Source: Oligoflexia bacterium
GTDB lineage: Bacteria > Bdellovibrionota > Bdellovibrionia > JABDDW01
Direction of reading: 5' to 3'
Length of the DNA stretch: 64,000 nt
NCBI GenBank assembly: GCA_043732305.1
Contig: JAYTHU010000170.1
Location: forward strand, 6,374 to 70,373
Shown: in pieces, positions 48,696 through 58,742 of the stretch
Position numbering within the stretch: position 1 is the stretch's first letter
Layout: each line of letters opens with the position of its first letter
Translations under genes and position numbers: made by a program
The notes under the pieces: model-generated
Database searches by the model: none
The model's input: the letters and a program-made list of their open reading frames with translations, nothing else
What the model was told of the DNA's origin: nothing

Positions 48696-50993
48696 TCAGT
48701 CCAAACTATTTGCTAAAACGCGGCGAGGCTTACTTCCATTAGATGGACTAACCACACCCTCATTTTCAAGCATCTCAATCAGCCTTGCGGCCTTAGGATA
48801 CCCAAATCTGAATCGACGTTGCAATAGACTTGCGCTGACTTCTTTTTGGCTGGCCACATAGGCAACCACTTGATCGTACTCTTGATCTAACTCAGGGCTA
48901 TGATGTTGGTCTTCACCCTCTGGATTGTCTATTGCCGCCTGCAGGCTCTGGACGGCGGTTTGCTCAAATTGTGGCTCCCCTTGTTTCATCCAAAATTCAG
49001 TGACGCCATTGATTTCTTCGTCACGCAAAAAAGCCCCGTGATATCGTTGCGGCTGTGAAATTCCGGGCGCTAAATAGAGCATATCTCCAACGGAAAGAAG
49101 TCTCTCTGCTCCTCGAGAATCGAGAATAATTGTCGAGTCCACTTTGCTGGCGACCTTGAAACTGATTCGACCAGGAAAATTGGTTTTAATTAATCCGGTA
49201 AGAACTTCTCTTCTGGGACTTTGCATGGCGATGACAATATGAATACCCGCCGCGCGAGCCATTTGAGCTAAACGCACCACAAGCGGTTCAATCGATGTTC
49301 GATCAACTGACATGAGATCAGCAAACTCTTCGATCACAGCGACAATATAAGGAAGTTGTTTTGCGTAATAGGATTGGCTCATAGTTTGAGGTTGCGATTC
49401 AAAAGCTTTTATTTTTTCCTCATGAAGCGTCGTTTCTTGTATCGAAAGCTTCCCAATAACTTCATTGAAACCTTCAATATTTTTACTGCCAAACTGACTC
49501 ATGGATCTATAGCGTCTTTCCATTTCTTTTACTAACCAGCGCAAGGTGGTAACAGCTGGTTTAGTTTCTTTCACTGGAGGCATGAGCAAATGAGGGATTT
49601 TATGAAACGCGCTTAGATCCACTTGTTTAGGATCAATGATGATGAGCTTCAACGTTTTTGGAGAATGTCGCATGATGAGGCTTGTCACCAAAGACATTAC
49701 AAAAACGCTCTTTCCAGAACCGGTTGTTCCAGCCACAAGCAAATGAGGAAGTTTTCTCAAATCAACAATTTTTGGTTCGCCTGTGACTGATTTTCCGAGA
49801 GCGATTGGGAGCTTAATGTCTGGCGACCAGAAATCCGGCGATTCCAAAAGATCTTTCATATAGATGGGCTGACGAGTGCTGTTTGAAGTTTCAATCCCCA
49901 CCACATCTCTGCCAGGGATTGGGGCAATTATTCTTAGCGACTCTGCTGACAGTGCGAGAGAAAGATCGTCGTTAAGTTTTGTGATCTCATTGATTTTAAC
50001 ACTGGCTGCGGGCTTGAATTCATACATTGTCACAGCTGGACCGGGTTTAACATCAACCACTTGCCCCGAGACATCAAACTCCGCTAATTTTTGTTCCACT
50101 AATTTAGCATTGCGATTGATCTCACGCTCATCGACTTTTTTTGTATCTGTAGGTGCATCAAGCAAAAGCTCCATTCCGGGGAGCTGCCAATTTTCGATTT
50201 GCATAACTGGACGTTGGGGCTTGGCTTTTACTTTTTCTGCTTTTGTTCTCGCCAGGTCTTTGAGGGAAAATTTCAGCAATGATTTAGGCGCTTGATCTTT
50301 TGATTCGAGCAGAACATCTTCGTCTGAAACTGGCTCAGCCTCGGCAAATGCTCCGGGAATCTCCTTCATAAAGCTGCGCTGAGGTTCCATTTGCCGTGGA
50401 GCCATCATCTTTAATCTCAATAAGGATGCTTCTTGGCTCAGGCGTTTGGAGAAGGTCCATATCCAAGGCATCAAATCGCGAATTGGTTTTTCGGTGTAGA
50501 AGACCAAAAAAACTAAAAAGGCAGCCCACAGAATAATAGCCACACCTGTTTTATTAAATCCGAGAACCAAGCCATGACTTAAAAGTAAACCGAGCGCACC
50601 TCCAAGAGAAACTTGGCCGCCGTAAATTCGAGTCTGAGGAAAATGCAGAGCCATAAGACTACTCATAACTATCAAAAGAAGAATGACCCAAACCTTGCGC
50701 AATAGATTTGGTTTCCCACCTTGATCTTTGAAAGCTTTGATCGAAGCTCTCATCATCACTATGACAAAAACCCAAGCAACAATTCCGAACAAATAGAAAA
50801 GAAAATCACTAAGAAAACTTCCAAAGTAACCACAGAAATTTTGAACATGTCCTGCTTTGGCAAACTTTGAAAAACTATTTAGAGACGGATCTGACGGGTG
50901 ATAGCTCACCAAAGACAGGCCTAAAAATAAAGCGGAAGCGCCCCATATAACACCGTAAACATCCCTGCGGAATTTTTCGAAAAATTTTGCCAT
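48696..50993 (-). CDS. ftsK: DNA translocase FtsK/SpoIIIE
   Basis: N-terminal 4-TM domain, linker, and motor domain with HLLVAGTTGSGKSV (Walker A), plus the C-terminal winged-helix gamma domain. Confidence 0.85.
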   Translation of the reverse strand: MAKFFEKFRRDVYGVIWGASALFLGLSLVSYHPSDPSLNSFSKFAKAGHVQNFCGYFGSFLSDFLFYLFGIVAWVFVIVMMRASIKAFKDQGGKPNLLRKVWVILLLIVMSSLMALHFPQTRIYGGQVSLGGALGLLLSHGLVLGFNKTGVAIILWAAFLVFLVFYTEKPIRDLMPWIWTFSKRLSQEASLLRLKMMAPRQMEPQRSFMKEIPGAFAEAEPVSDEDVLLESKDQAPKSLLKFSLKDLARTKAEKVKAKPQRPVMQIENWQLPGMELLLDAPTDTKKVDEREINRNAKLVEQKLAEFDVSGQVVDVKPGPAVTMYEFKPAASVKINEITKLNDDLSLALSAESLRIIAPIPGRDVVGIETSNSTRQPIYMKDLLESPDFWSPDIKLPIALGKSVTGEPKIVDLRKLPHLLVAGTTGSGKSVFVMSLVTSLIMRHSPKTLKLIIIDPKQVDLSAFHKIPHLLMPPVKETKPAVTTLRWLVKEMERRYRSMSQFGSKNIEGFNEVIGKLSIQETTLHEEKIKAFESQPQTMSQSYYAKQLPYIVAVIEEFADLMSVDRTSIEPLVVRLAQMARAAGIHIVIAMQSPRREVLTGLIKTNFPGRISFKVASKVDSTIILDSRGAERLLSVGDMLYLAPGISQPQRYHGAFLRDEEINGVTEFWMKQGEPQFEQTAVQSLQAAIDNPEGEDQHHSPELDQEYDQVVAYVASQKEVSASLLQRRFRFGYPKAARLIEMLENEGVVSPSNGSKPRRVLANSLD

Positions 50994-51155
50994 GCCTAAT
51001 TGTATAGGAAAAATTATAATTTAGATGCGCGACCTAGGTACTATTGCAACGCATAATCAACAACTTAAAAACATTATGAGGGTGTTCGTACAGTTCTCTT
51101 GCAACTTCTTCGGCATAAATATATATCAAGTCCACCAACATTATAGGGGAACCGA

Positions 51156-51467
51156 ATGTCCAACAGTAACCAGTCGCAAAATTTGCTCGTGGCTAATTTG
51201 AATCAGATCAGTCTGGAAAAACTTGTCAAAAGCAAACTTGAGGTCATTTTGGAGCAACACAAAGCTGGTGGTCGAGTCAAAAATCTTTATAACCAAGTCT
51301 TGGAACAAGTGGAAAAACCCATGATCGAACTTGCGCTGAATGTTCATGCTGGTAATCAAATTAAAACTGCGGAATTTTTGGGAATCAACAGGAACACTTT
51401 GAGAAAAAAGATCACTATCTACAAAATCAAGATTCGCAGTTTCACTGCACCAAAAGTCGCTAAGTAA
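51156..51467 (+). CDS. fis: Fis-family DNA-binding protein
   Basis: C-terminal [24 protein letters not shown] matches the Fis signature (GNQxxAAxxLGIxRxTLRKKL). Confidence 0.7.
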   Translation: MSNSNQSQNLLVANLNQISLEKLVKSKLEVILEQHKAGGRVKNLYNQVLEQVEKPMIELALNVHAGNQIKTAEFLGINRNTLRKKITIYKIKIRSFTAPKVAK

Positions 51468-51479
51468 TCTGATTTAATT

Positions 51480-51764
51480 TTATTCGTGACCAAGTTCTTC
51501 GGGACTAATTTCTTCTTCAATAAGCACACCTTGATCAAATGCATCTTTAGCTTGAATAATGACATCTTTGAGATATTGAGAGAGAACCTGCCTCAGCTCT
51601 TCCATGGTCATATCACTAGCATTTAGTCCTTTTTTGCTTAGCAATTTCCCTAATTCGTTGGAAACCAAATTGGCAGGCAAACCAGTGGATTCTGTGACTT
51701 TTTTAAATAGTTCATTAGACATAAAAGGCGTCCCCCTCTTGACCGACATCTGTTTAGACCCCAT
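51480..51764 (-). CDS. Small hypothetical protein (80-94 aa)
   Basis: Clean ORF convergent with fis. Helical and acidic C-terminus. No family recognised. Confidence 0.4.
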   Translation of the reverse strand: MGSKQMSVKRGTPFMSNELFKKVTESTGLPANLVSNELGKLLSKKGLNASDMTMEELRQVLSQYLKDVIIQAKDAFDQGVLIEEEISPEELGHE

Positions 51765-51819
51765 TATGTGAACATGGGGTTAATATCGAAGCAAAGGAAT
51801 TCTTAAAAGGAGCCTGACT

Positions 51820-52527
51820 ATGCCATTCAAAGACAGTTTACAAACTCGCACGGTGAGCGGACTTGATATCTCTCGATTCTTATCCCGCGTGTACGGCTGG
51901 ATGACTTTTGGACTGTTAATCACAGCGGTCACGGGCTACATGATTAGCTCAAACGCGGAACTTGCACATTCTCTGTTGCGAGGGCCCGGGCTTATTGTCG
52001 CCATAGTTTTGCAGTTTGGTTTAGTAATTGCCCTTAGCGCAGGAATCAAACGCATGAGTGTAGGAACCGCAACCGCGTGTTTTCTGCTTTATTCTTTTGT
52101 CACCGGCGTGACCTTCTCTACAATATTTTTAGTTTATAAACTCGATACTATCGGCCAGGTATTTGCGATCACCGCTGGAACTTTCGGCACGATGGCCATC
52201 TACGGCTTTATCACTAAGCGCGATCTCTCAGGAATGGGAAGCTTCATGCTAATGGGATTGTTTGGCGTGATCATTGCCTCCGTAGTGAATATTTTTATGC
52301 ATTCAGCGGGACTTGATTTTGCAGTTTCAATCTTATGCGTCGCCATTTTTTCCGGTCTTACCGCATGGGACGTGCAGAAATTAAAGCAGATTGCGGCAAG
52401 TGGAGATGTGGATAGTGATGAGTCTCACAAAATGGCCATCTATGGAGCGCTCAGTCTTTATCTAGATTTTATCAATTTGTTCTTTGCTCTGTTACGAATT
52501 TTTGGTGGCGGCCGAAGTCGAGATTAA
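51820..52527 (+). CDS. Bax inhibitor-1/YccA-family (TMBIM) seven-TM membrane protein
   Basis: 235 aa. N-terminal ...ISRFLSRVYGWMTFGLLITAVTGY, then seven hydrophobic segments. The size and pattern are typical of YccA/BI-1. Confidence 0.55.
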   Translation: MPFKDSLQTRTVSGLDISRFLSRVYGWMTFGLLITAVTGYMISSNAELAHSLLRGPGLIVAIVLQFGLVIALSAGIKRMSVGTATACFLLYSFVTGVTFSTIFLVYKLDTIGQVFAITAGTFGTMAIYGFITKRDLSGMGSFMLMGLFGVIIASVVNIFMHSAGLDFAVSILCVAIFSGLTAWDVQKLKQIAASGDVDSDESHKMAIYGALSLYLDFINLFFALLRIFGGGRSRD

Positions 52528-52538
52528 GTTTCGACTTA

Positions 52539-53103
52539 TCAAGGCACCTTGATTACCGGCATGACTTTGTCTCTGGCAGCTCTCAAAATATAAACGGATT
52601 TTCCATCCTGATCAGGCCCTAAGCTCGCAGCTTGGAGAATCTCGTTTACCCATCCGTAAGTAGAATAGGCTCGACATAGAACTGCAAGAACTTCTTTGAA
52701 TGTTGTCAGACTGAATTTTGGATCAAAAACAGGCGGAGCCACCAATGAAAAGATGCTGTGAGCCCGCGTGGGTAAGCACTGCTCCTTGGAAAGGACCGAG
52801 GATATTTTTTCCGTTAGTTTTAATTTCAACTATCGATTCAATTCCTCTTGGAGAAATAAGAGCGAGCCTGCCTTCAGGAGTTCTATTTTTGACCATGTTG
52901 AGAGCAATCGCAATCGTTCCATCTTCGAAAACGTAAGAGTTTGTCAAGACTGTTCTTTGGCTGGGCGAATAATCCACCTGGTGCATTTTTTTGACTATCC
53001 CGTGACTGAGTCTTTCCACATCAGCCGAGCCAATGAGTTTTGAGAGTGCGTCGTCACAAGGATTTGCTAACGTGGTTTTGCTGATAGCTAAAATTAAAAA
53101 CAT
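52539..53103 (-). pseudogene. Secreted hypothetical gene apparently split by a frameshift (two ORFs overlapping by 107 nt in different frames)
   Basis: ORF 52723..53103 (signal-like MFLILAISKTTLA...) and ORF 52539..52829 are co-oriented and overlap at 52723-52829 in different frames. Confidence 0.4.
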
Positions 53104-53142
53104 AGATATTGAGATTTTTTTTCATGAGGCACTGCCTGATTT

Positions 53143-54504
53143 TTAGTTATTTGAATGAACAGACGGAGCGGGCGCATGACCATCTGCCATTGCCAAATTT
53201 GTGAAGGTTCCGAAGTGCGATAGGAACGTGACCTTAACTGATCCAACTGGACCGTTACGTTGCTTAGCTATGATGATTTCAGCTTGGCCTTTGTTGTCTG
53301 CGCTGTCGCGATCATAATATTCATCCCGATAAATCATGGCTATGACGTCAGCATCCTGCTCGATCGCACCTGATTCTCGAAGATCTGAAAGCATGGGACG
53401 TCGATCATTTCGACCTTCAACGCCTCGATTGATCTGAGAGAGAACAACAACTGGTACGCCAAGTTCTTTCGCAAGTGCTTTCATGTTTCGAGACATTTCT
53501 GAAACTGCACGCTCGCGACTTTCGACTTTTACTTTTAAATCCATGATTTGAAGGTAGTCGACCATGATGAGATCAAGACCCTTTTGCGTTTTCAGTCGGC
53601 GAGCCTTTGCTCTGATTTCATAGGGACTAATACCTGAAGTGTCATCGATGTAAAGTGGAGCATCACTGAAACGAGAAGCGACATTGATGAGTCTTGGCCA
53701 AAAGCTGTCTGCTACGCGGCCAGTTCTTAGATCACTGAGGTTGACGCGTGCTTCTGAAGCGAGCATTCGCATCATGACTGATTCCAAACCCATTTCTAAG
53801 GAAAAGAATGCGACTGATTTTTTCTCACGCAACGCCACGTGTTGAGCGATGTTAAGCGCAAAAGCAGTTTTCCCCATGGAGGGCCGAGCTGCAATAATAA
53901 CTAGATCTCCGGATTGAAGACCGGATGTCATCTTGTCAAAATCAGTGAAGCCCGTGGCCACACCGGTGACGGCTGCTTTTGCATTGTACATGTATTCGAT
54001 TTTATCAAGACTGGCTTTGATGATGCTACTCGCAGGAACAAGTCCTGCTTTTTTTGATTTTTCCGCGACTTGGAAAACACCAGACTCAGCTTCGTTAAGA
54101 AACTTGTCGAGATCTTCAAAATCTTGGTTGTAAGCTTTTTCGACGATCTCTGAGCAGATCGTGATGAGTCGACGAGTTGTCGACTTTTCTTTCACGATTT
54201 CTGCATAGTGAACAATATTTGCCGACGACGGAGTTTGATCAACGATGGTGGCCAAATAAGATGTCCCGCCAATAGCATCGAGCTCTCCAGAATCCCGAAG
54301 AGACGACGTGATGGTCAGAAGATCTACAGGTTGATTTTTAGTTTTAAGCCCCATCACCGTAGCGTAAATCTTACGGTGAGCGTTCTTATAAAAATCTTCC
54401 TCTGTGATCACATCCACAATGCGATCAAGCGCATCTGGATCAACCATGATGCCACCAAGGACGGATTGCTCCGCCTCTAAGTTTTGTGGAGGTATCTTTG
54501 ACAT
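53143..54504 (-). CDS. dnaB: Replicative DNA helicase DnaB
   Basis: PPQNLEAEQSVLGGIMVDPDA...Walker A ARPSMGKTAFALN...RecA-like C-domain. Confidence 0.9.
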   Translation of the reverse strand: MSKIPPQNLEAEQSVLGGIMVDPDALDRIVDVITEEDFYKNAHRKIYATVMGLKTKNQPVDLLTITSSLRDSGELDAIGGTSYLATIVDQTPSSANIVHYAEIVKEKSTTRRLITICSEIVEKAYNQDFEDLDKFLNEAESGVFQVAEKSKKAGLVPASSIIKASLDKIEYMYNAKAAVTGVATGFTDFDKMTSGLQSGDLVIIAARPSMGKTAFALNIAQHVALREKKSVAFFSLEMGLESVMMRMLASEARVNLSDLRTGRVADSFWPRLINVASRFSDAPLYIDDTSGISPYEIRAKARRLKTQKGLDLIMVDYLQIMDLKVKVESRERAVSEMSRNMKALAKELGVPVVVLSQINRGVEGRNDRRPMLSDLRESGAIEQDADVIAMIYRDEYYDRDSADNKGQAEIIIAKQRNGPVGSVKVTFLSHFGTFTNLAMADGHAPAPSVHSNN

Positions 54505-54508
54505 TTTT

Positions 54509-54952
54509 TTATTCGCGCTCGACGTTGACCTTTATTTCGGTTTCAACTCCGGAGGCGATTCTAATAGTCACTCGATGTTGTCCCAAGATTTTGATGGGTT
54601 CAGAAATATGAATGTCACGTTTTTCAATCGCAAATCCAGCTTTAACAAGTTCAATTGCGATATCACTGCTAGTGACTGATCCGAAAAGTTTATCGGTTTC
54701 GCCAGCTTGTGATTTTAAAGTCACAGTGTGTGCTCCCAATTTTTCAGCGATCTTCTTAGAAGCGCCAACTGCCTTTTTCTTTCTAGCTTCAGCCATGGCT
54801 TGAAGATGCTTGAATTCTTTTTCTCGGCCTTCGGTTGCAATCAATGCAAGTTTACGGGGGAGTAAAAAGTTACGTGCGTATCCATCAGAGACTTTTACGA
54901 GATCTCCAATTTTACCAACGGCAGCAACATCTTGAGATAAAATAACTTTCAT
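54509..54952 (-). CDS. rplI: 50S ribosomal protein L9
   Basis: MKVILSQDVAAVGKIGDLVKVSDGYARNFLLPRKLA. Confidence 0.9.
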   Translation of the reverse strand: MKVILSQDVAAVGKIGDLVKVSDGYARNFLLPRKLALIATEGREKEFKHLQAMAEARKKKAVGASKKIAEKLGAHTVTLKSQAGETDKLFGSVTSSDIAIELVKAGFAIEKRDIHISEPIKILGQHRVTIRIASGVETEIKVNVERE

Positions 54953-54964
54953 AAAGGCTCCTTT

Positions 54965-55849
54965 TTAAATCGCAGTTCTCTTGTCTGTCTTCTTCCTAGT
55001 TCTAAACTGCATCCACAAATCGATGAAGCCTAGAGAAGCGACAGCCCAAAACTGCGTGAAGATTAATATATAACTTATCATTCGCCAAATAGGGCCAACT
55101 CTCTTCGTGTTAAAAAAGTTGACCACTACGGCCAAGCCCTGGAAGAAATAAAGCATGATCACAACGTTAAAAACGTTAGTGCATGTCCATTTAAGCCAAA
55201 GCGGTTCGAAATCTAGAAAATTTCCAGCTGCTGATGCGAGGGCAATCCACACAAAAGCATCAGGAAGTTTCCATTCCAAAAGTTCTTGGCTCGAAAAATG
55301 ATGAGAAAGTTTCTCTGGAGCCCATCCCAATATTTTCTCCACTCGAGGAGCGAGAATAGAATTGAGCCAAACAGAGAAAATAGTCATCATCACAATGGCT
55401 GAAGGCACCTGCTTTAAAACACTGTCTTGGTCTTGAGTGACCTCTGGAGTCACTTTGAGCTGAGTCAGGGTTTGAGCGATTTGTTCTTTGAAAAAAACAA
55501 TCGGTTGAAAACCCAAATAATGAACTGCAAAGCTTCCGAGTAAAAAGCCAACTCCGGCAAGAACAATCACTGTTACAAAAATAGAAGCCGTATAACCAAT
55601 GTTCGAATTTTCACACTCGGTAAGCACAACGGTTAAAATAGCCGCTGCACCAAAAGACATCGCAACCACTAACGGCGCCAAAAAATAAAGGGCTACCGTG
55701 CCTGCTAACGCCGCCGCTAATAAAGCGAGGCGACCTTCTTTTCTTCTGAGTACCAGAAGAGGAAGGGGCGCTAGAAAAACTGTCGTCACTGAAAACGCAA
55801 CGGCGGTCAATCCAGAAAGCAAAGTGTGGAGGAGTCTTCGAGTCTGCAT
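54965..55849 (-). CDS. Polytopic membrane protein, possibly DUF2232/YybS-like
   Basis: 294 aa with 7 or more hydrophobic helices. It occupies the position between rpsF and rplI-dnaB that YybS (DUF2232) holds in the Firmicutes rpsF...yybS-gdpP-rplI-dnaC locus. The family call is by context only. Confidence 0.45.
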   Translation of the reverse strand: MQTRRLLHTLLSGLTAVAFSVTTVFLAPLPLLVLRRKEGRLALLAAALAGTVALYFLAPLVVAMSFGAAAILTVVLTECENSNIGYTASIFVTVIVLAGVGFLLGSFAVHYLGFQPIVFFKEQIAQTLTQLKVTPEVTQDQDSVLKQVPSAIVMMTIFSVWLNSILAPRVEKILGWAPEKLSHHFSSQELLEWKLPDAFVWIALASAAGNFLDFEPLWLKWTCTNVFNVVIMLYFFQGLAVVVNFFNTKRVGPIWRMISYILIFTQFWAVASLGFIDLWMQFRTRKKTDKRTAI

Positions 55850-55851
55850 TC

Positions 55852-56280
55852 TTATTCTTCGGATTCGGGAACTTCTTCTTCAACTTGTTGCTGACGACGT
55901 GCTTTTTCTTCTTCTGCACGTTCTTTTTCGCGCTTAGCACGAGCTTCCAATTTTCCTTTGTAAGCAGCAATTGCAGCCATAGGATCAACTTTGTCGTCGA
56001 TCTTAACTGTCAAGAATCTGAAAATATCTTCATTGATTCTCATGCTTCTTTCAAGCTCAGCAACCGCAGTGGTGTCAGCATTGAAAGTCATGCAGAAGTA
56101 ATGACCTTTGAGTTCTTTTTGAATGGGATATGTGAGTTTCTTTTTTCCCCAATCGTCCATATTGAGAAGTTTGCCTTTGGCAGCTTCAATGATGGATTTA
56201 TTTTTGTTATGAAGCTCGACCATGCGAGGTTCAGTAGCATTGGGATTGGTGATAAAAATAGTCTCGTAGTTACGAGTCAT
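55852..56280 (-). CDS. rpsF: 30S ribosomal protein S6 (acidic C-terminal tail)
   Basis: MTRNYETIFITNPN...DWGKKKLTYPIQKELKGHYFCMTFNAD...ELERSMRINEDIFRFL. Confidence 0.85.
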   Translation of the reverse strand: MTRNYETIFITNPNATEPRMVELHNKNKSIIEAAKGKLLNMDDWGKKKLTYPIQKELKGHYFCMTFNADTTAVAELERSMRINEDIFRFLTVKIDDKVDPMAAIAAYKGKLEARAKREKERAEEEKARRQQQVEEEVPESEE

Positions 56281-56446
56281 GCGAATTAGTCCTTTCGATC
56301 TGCACCCTTTTCACGGGGGGCCCTTTGGGCTTATAAACTAGGCCAAAGAGCAAGGTTATGTACTTATAGTTAGTTTACGGGTCTATCATGATGTGCCACC
56401 AGGAGCCAGACTTTTCAAATGACTTTAATAGGATTAAACTATCACT

Positions 56447-57154
56447 ATGATTCTTAGACTCAAAATCACGCAAGGCTCCAGAAAAAAAGACGAATTCACC
56501 ATCAAAAATGAGGTTTTCATCGGTCGATCACGCTCAGACACGGACCTGACGATTGATGACCACAAAGCGTCCGCGAAACACGCCAGAATTCATTTGGCAG
56601 ACAATCACACTTTTCAACTGGAAGATCTTGCTTCGTCAAATGGCACTTCGTTGAATGGGCATAAGATCAATGAGCAGAAGGAACTTAAACTCGGGGACAC
56701 CTTCACAATTGGGCGGACTTCGTTTGAAGTCATTGAAATTTCAGGTGAATCTCTATTTGAGAAGGGCTCATGGCAAGCTACCGTCGACGCGAGCCTTTCC
56801 AGTGCGCAATCTCTTTATGATAAGCTCCCGCCAGCTCAATCAGATTTCGGGTTCTTCAAAGAACCCGTCTCTTTAGAAGTGACAAAGGGCGATGCAAAAG
56901 GTGGGAAATTCACTTTTACATTTGGACCTCGACTGGTGGGCAAATACAGTGTGGATGCACCAGTCTTTGCAAAAGACTTTCCCGACGAAGCTTTTGAACT
57001 TCGCCCACTCAAAGGACAGTGCGAGCTTTTCACCAAAATAAAAGATGCCGTAAAAGTTAATTCCAACTCGGTGCATGCAGTGGTTTTAAAAGATGGCGAT
57101 TTGATTTCTGTTGGACAGACCGAAATACTTGTGAAATTCCTTAGTGACATATGA
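56447..57154 (+). CDS. FHA-domain protein
   Basis: FIGRSRSDTDLTIDDHKASAKHARIHLADNHTFQLEDLASSNGTSLNGHKI is a canonical FHA core (GR...S..H...SxNGT). Confidence 0.75.
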   Translation: MILRLKITQGSRKKDEFTIKNEVFIGRSRSDTDLTIDDHKASAKHARIHLADNHTFQLEDLASSNGTSLNGHKINEQKELKLGDTFTIGRTSFEVIEISGESLFEKGSWQATVDASLSSAQSLYDKLPPAQSDFGFFKEPVSLEVTKGDAKGGKFTFTFGPRLVGKYSVDAPVFAKDFPDEAFELRPLKGQCELFTKIKDAVKVNSNSVHAVVLKDGDLISVGQTEILVKFLSDI

Positions 57155-58026
57155 ATATCATCAAAAAAACCACGGGCTACGCCCCAAGCTTTGACGGCAC
57201 TCCGATCTTTTACGAAATAAGAGGCGAAGGAAAACCTCTCATTTTTTGTTATGGGATTGGTTGCTTGATGAATCATTGGCACAATCAGGTGAAGTTTTTT
57301 TCTAATCAGTATCAAGTCATATTGCTTAATTATCGTGGGCATCATCAAAGTCCCATTCCCGAACATCGAGACAATTTAAATTTGGACGCTTGCGTGATGG
57401 ATATCAAAGCGGTCATCGATCATTTGGGAATTAAAAAAGCTTCCTTCGTTGGACACAGCTGGGGATCACAACTTCTGGTTCGCCTGTTCGATCTTCATCC
57501 AGAGTTTTTTGATAACTTCATTAGCATCAATGGTTTTGTGAGTAATCCGCTGGTCGGAATGTTTGGCAGCAATTTGCCCGCCGCGGGTTTTGAGTTGTTG
57601 AAGCAAGCCTATCAACAAGTTCCGGAGACCGCCAACTGGCTCTGGCAAAAAATTGCTTACAATCCTCTCGCCATTAAATTCACACAGATGGCTGGTGGCT
57701 TTAATCCAAAACTCACGAAGGTAAAAGACATTGAAGTTTATTTAAAAGGTGTCGCGTCTATAAACATAGAAGTTTTCATAAAACTTTTCGAAGCGATGAT
57801 GAATTACGATGGGCGCCCAGTCCTCGAAAAAATAAGTGTTCCTACTTTATTGATTTCCGGAGAGCAGGATTTCGTGACGCCCCTGAAATATCAAGAAGAG
57901 ATGAATCGAAAAATCAAAAGCTCTCAGCTCACTCGCGTTCCATTCGGAAGTCATTGCACGATGCTAGATATGCCGGAGTTTGTGAATTTAAGAATGGAAA
58001 AGTTTTTGAAAGAAAACCATTACTAA
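57151..58026 (+). CDS. Alpha/beta-fold hydrolase
   Basis: FVGHSWGSQL (nucleophile elbow GxSxG) and a C-terminal His region (GSHCTMLDMP). 4-nt overlap (ATGA) with the FHA gene. Confidence 0.75.
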   Translation: MNIIKKTTGYAPSFDGTPIFYEIRGEGKPLIFCYGIGCLMNHWHNQVKFFSNQYQVILLNYRGHHQSPIPEHRDNLNLDACVMDIKAVIDHLGIKKASFVGHSWGSQLLVRLFDLHPEFFDNFISINGFVSNPLVGMFGSNLPAAGFELLKQAYQQVPETANWLWQKIAYNPLAIKFTQMAGGFNPKLTKVKDIEVYLKGVASINIEVFIKLFEAMMNYDGRPVLEKISVPTLLISGEQDFVTPLKYQEEMNRKIKSSQLTRVPFGSHCTMLDMPEFVNLRMEKFLKENHY

Positions 58027-58106
58027 CCCTTAAACCGCCCTAAAAGTAAGCTTGCTTTAGATAAATCCCCATGACATCGTTCTTCGGTCACTACGGGGGT
58101 AGCAAC

Positions 58107-58538
58107 ATGAACATTTTTACTTTACTTTGCGCTTTGTGTTTTTCATTGCCGAGCTTAGCCGATCCCAAAATTATACCTATTAGTCAAACTGCACCATTTG
58201 CTAAAGCTATGAGGCTTACTCTCGAAAATAATTCATGGAGCTGTCGAAATAAAAAGGGGCACATGGAAATTTCCACAGATCTTTTTGAAAACGCGAAATC
58301 AGTTGAAATGGCAAGTTTGGCCGAACAACCTTTTTTGATTTTCCGAGGCGGAGATGCTCTGAATCAATATGTTTTGTACGTCACGACAACTTCCGACCAC
58401 AAACGCATTTTAAAAATTGATGGTGATCGCTTTGAAGCAATCCAAGGGCGCGTCAATGCATTGGATTTTTCCCGACCGGAAATTATTGATCGCACGCAAA
58501 TATTTTTGACTGAAAGAATTTCCTGCACTCCAAAATAA
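58107..58538 (+). CDS. Hypothetical secreted protein
   Basis: Signal peptide MNIFTLLCALCFSLPSLA. Confidence 0.45.
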   Translation: MNIFTLLCALCFSLPSLADPKIIPISQTAPFAKAMRLTLENNSWSCRNKKGHMEISTDLFENAKSVEMASLAEQPFLIFRGGDALNQYVLYVTTTSDHKRILKIDGDRFEAIQGRVNALDFSRPEIIDRTQIFLTERISCTPK

Positions 58539-58742
58539 TTATCCCACTTCTTCAAAATCAAAAGAAAGTTGCGCGCGTTCTTTTTTGCGAGTTTCTTCAT
58601 CCTTATATTTCTCGGGAAGTTCTATTCGCACGCCATAAGCTTGCTGAATAAGATTTTGCACAAACGCCGCTTTTACCGAATCGCTGGCTCCATCTTTAAA
58701 GCCAAGTCGTTCCATGATGTCTTTGACCTTGTCCACGGCCAC
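58539..58742 (-). CDS. Small hypothetical acidic protein (67 aa)
   Basis: Clean ORF convergent with the upstream gene. No homology recognised. Could be spurious. Confidence 0.3.
   Translation of the reverse strand: MAVDKVKDIMERLGFKDGASDSVKAAFVQNLIQQAYGVRIELPEKYKDEETRKKERAQLSFDFEEVG

Noticed and set aside
55611-55988. 125 aa Lys-rich minus-strand ORF spanning the rpsF / membrane-protein junction
   Set aside because: It is out of frame with, and overlaps, two well-supported genes. The Lys-richness comes from reading the AAG/AAA-rich S6 tail region in another frame.
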